From Escherichia coli (GTDB lineage: Bacteria > Pseudomonadota > Gammaproteobacteria > Enterobacterales > Enterobacteriaceae): a DNA stretch of 64,000 bases. Location: NCBI RefSeq assembly GCF_045037415.1, contig NZ_CP173438.1; one strand, given 5' to 3'. Within the stretch, counting starts at the first letter, position 1, and each line of letters starts with the position of its first letter. Shown piece after piece: positions 62,240-64,000 of this stretch. The notes beneath the pieces are model-generated. The model was not told the DNA's origin. It saw only the letters and a list, made by a program, of their open reading frames with translations, and searched no databases. Position numbers and translations under genes: made by a program.

Positions 62240-62323
62240 TTATCCCCAGCGGCAAATCGAATACACCACCAGCGCCACCGCCATCGCAATTCCTACCGTT
62301 GTTAATGCTTCAGGCCAGGTCAT
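62240..62323 (-). CDS. 27-aa hydrophobic peptide [27 protein letters not shown] (single predicted TM helix)
   Basis: Hand-translated; ATG overlaps upstream stop (ATGA); GGAGG 9 nt upstream. Confidence 0.4.
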   Translation of the reverse strand: MTWPEALTTVGIAMAVALVVYSICRWG

Positions 62324-62664
62324 CGTAAAATATCCTCCACGCTTATCAGTCCGTTCCGCTCCAGATAACTCATCGCCTTATCCGGTAATTTGCAGTCTGG
62401 CTTCGCTTTCCTCAGTTGCCAGGTTAACTGCTTTACCAGCATGGTTAACTCATCGACCAGACGCTGATATCCCACTGGTTTGTATTCATGCAATTTACCG
62501 GCTGGCTCTGCTACCAGCGATACCAGTGCGATTTCCAGAACAGCAATATCCATCTTATATGTGCGGATGATGTCATGGTCGATTGTGCCCGGTATGCACA
62601 GTCTCTGTGCTTCAATAGTCTCCTCTGCGTGAGCTATTAACTGCTCTCTGGTAAAAGTCGTCAT
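62320..62664 (-). CDS. hypothetical early protein (114 aa), divergent member of paralogous family
   Basis: ORF track; shares MTT.T.E start and ..IALVSL.AEP motif with the two paralogues upstream. Confidence 0.6.
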   Translation of the reverse strand: MTTFTREQLIAHAEETIEAQRLCIPGTIDHDIIRTYKMDIAVLEIALVSLVAEPAGKLHEYKPVGYQRLVDELTMLVKQLTWQLRKAKPDCKLPDKAMSYLERNGLISVEDILR

Positions 62665-62827
62665 GCCGTAGCCCCTTCTTGATATTTTTCAAACCAGAAC
62701 ACAACCGGCTCTGCTTCCAGCGATACCAGCGCAATCCGTGCCAGTTCCATTTGTTCACCACGGGTAAGCCCGTTTTCAAGCGGATTTTTAATGAACAATT
62801 CAATACGTTCTTTGGTAATAGTGGTCA
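62660..62827 (-). CDS. 55-aa protein [44 protein letters not shown]..., stand-alone copy of the N-terminal module of the 136-aa paralogue
   Basis: Hand-translated; AGGAG RBS; ATGA overlap with downstream gene. Confidence 0.5.
62700..62827. repeat. copy 1 of about 125-bp imperfect direct repeat (about 88 percent identical to 63388-63514)
   Basis: Aligned by eye. Confidence 0.7.
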
Positions 62828-62838
62828 TGTGTTACTCC

Positions 62839-63102
62839 TTAACCCGCAGTGCTTTCAACTGATGAGGGGAACAAAATCTTTTCATCAAACCCTGCATTCA
62901 TATCATGGACAGCAACACACCAATCCATTGACGAACGATTATCAAGAGCCTCCATGATTTCATCCATGCGGCGCAGGTCATACAGGTAAATGCTTTTATC
63001 GCCAATGGTGTAAAAACCAATTTTTTTCGGTGATGGGCAGCGATCAAGAACGTCCTGTAATTCGTTCAACCATGCCCGTTCTTTTTTTGTTAAAGTTGCC
63101 AT
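62839..63102 (-). CDS. hypothetical early protein (87 aa from ATG at 63102)
   Basis: ORF track 62839..63213; internal ATG with AAGGAGAGTGA RBS just after upstream stop. Confidence 0.5.
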   Translation of the reverse strand: MATLTKKERAWLNELQDVLDRCPSPKKIGFYTIGDKSIYLYDLRRMDEIMEALDNRSSMDWCVAVHDMNAGFDEKILFPSSVESTAG

Positions 63103-63103
63103 A

Positions 63104-63514
63104 TCACTCTCCTTTCCCATGAAGCATAGCGGCGCGGCAGGCGTTCCAGCCTGTAGCGTATGCAGCCGCTTTGCTGCTGCCTTCAACTGGCGCATCCTGC
63201 CAATACATTTCATCCGGCACTACCGGCGCTGGCAAGGCAGCGTGATAGTAGAGTGGCATAGTTTTGTACAGTGGTTCGCCAGGACTTCCGTCAACCTGAT
63301 TCCATTCTTCAACCCAGGCATCAACAACCGCTTTGCTGGTTGATACATGTTCTTCTGAATCTACATTTTGTCCTGATATACAGAACATAACTGCCTCTGC
63401 TTCCAGCGATGCCAGAGCAATTCGTGCCAGTTCCATTTGTTCGCCACGAGTAAGTCCGTTATCAAGCGGATTTTTAATGAATAATTTGATACGTTCTTTG
63501 GTTATAGCGTTCAT
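63104..63514 (-). CDS. hypothetical early protein (136 aa), N-terminal module [40 protein letters not shown]
   Basis: ORF track 63104..63556; ATG at 63514 with AAGGAGAGTGA RBS. Confidence 0.55.
   Translation of the reverse strand: MNAITKERIKLFIKNPLDNGLTRGEQMELARIALASLEAEAVMFCISGQNVDSEEHVSTSKAVVDAWVEEWNQVDGSPGEPLYKTMPLYYHAALPAPVVPDEMYWQDAPVEGSSKAAAYATGWNACRAAMLHGKGE
63388..63514. repeat. copy 2 of about 125-bp imperfect direct repeat
   Basis: Aligned by eye. Confidence 0.7.
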
Positions 63515-63515
63515 C

Positions 63516-63881
63516 TCACTCTCCTTTGATGCGAATGCCAGTAGCGCGGATTGCATCGATGACTTCAGAAACTTTGTATGCCATTACCGTTTGGTAATCA
63601 TCGTGAAAATCTGTTCGATGAAGCATGCTGCTACGTTCCGGGAGCGATATTTCCCGAGCATCCAGTTCCTTAACGCGCTCCTCCAGTTCGTAGACCCTGC
63701 ATTGTTCTCTATCATCAATCAGATATAACCCAAGACATTCGCTTTCTACCCAACCGCCAAAATCATGATCGTAACGCTCACATGAAAACTCACCGTCACC
63801 GTCCTTTGTTGGAATGGTGTAACTATCTAATGGGCCACCATATGTCGGCACATTTCCCAATGTTGGATGCTCAATCCACAT
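63516..63881 (-). CDS. hypothetical early protein (121 aa)
   Basis: ORF track. Confidence 0.5.
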   Translation of the reverse strand: MWIEHPTLGNVPTYGGPLDSYTIPTKDGDGEFSCERYDHDFGGWVESECLGLYLIDDREQCRVYELEERVKELDAREISLPERSSMLHRTDFHDDYQTVMAYKVSEVIDAIRATGIRIKGE

Positions 63882-64000
63882 GAAAAATGCACGTCCGGTT
63901 ATTGGGCAAATATCTGGCCGCCATTGGTTACGAACAGCCTTGGTTTCGGATAATTCTTCAGCGTGTTGTTTTACTTCCTCAAGCTCAACTCTCAGCTTCC

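Larger units (their letters stand above)
60203..64000. mobile_element. Prophage B (left end: attL in yecE, int, xis, early-left small-gene operon; continues beyond window)
   Basis: Integrase and excisionase adjacent to disrupted yecE followed by tightly packed small minus-strand ORFs. Confidence 0.85.

Noticed and set aside
62679-62957. 92-aa plus-strand ORF in prophage B
   Set aside because: Runs antisense across two minus-strand genes that have RBSs and coupled starts. Plus strand here is otherwise non-coding.

Overview
This window reads as an Escherichia coli chromosomal segment (about 23.0-60.2 kb) flanked by two prophages. The core carries, in order, yecA, tyrP, yecH, ftnA, yecR, azuC, yecJ, ftnB, araFGH, otsBA, uspC, flhDC, motAB, cheAW, tar, a tap remnant, cheRBYZ, flhBAE, argS, yecM, cutC, torYZ, cmoBA, yecN and yecE; proteins match K-12 orthologues by recall. 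Prophage A (1-22912) is the late half of a mosaic phage: lysis cassette, lambda-type packaging and head genes (Nu1/A/W/B/C/D/E/FI/FII-like) joined to a P2-type contractile tail (V/W/J/I/H/G, sheath, tube, E, T, U, X, D), ending at a 56-nt 3' copy of tRNA-Leu leuZ. Its major capsid gene and its gpD tail gene are each interrupted by a 1-nt frameshift, so it looks defective unless these are sequencing errors. Prophage B (60203 to window end) enters through the 5' end of yecE with int, xis and a tightly coupled operon of small early genes, including a tandem paralogous family and a 27-aa hydrophobic peptide. tap is reduced to a 227-bp frameshifted remnant. No CRISPR array, rRNA or complete tRNA was seen. 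I found no single clearly novel multi-gene system; the best candidates for undescribed biology are the prophage morons and the prophage B small-gene operon. All assignments are from reading the sequence and recalled homology, with no database search.
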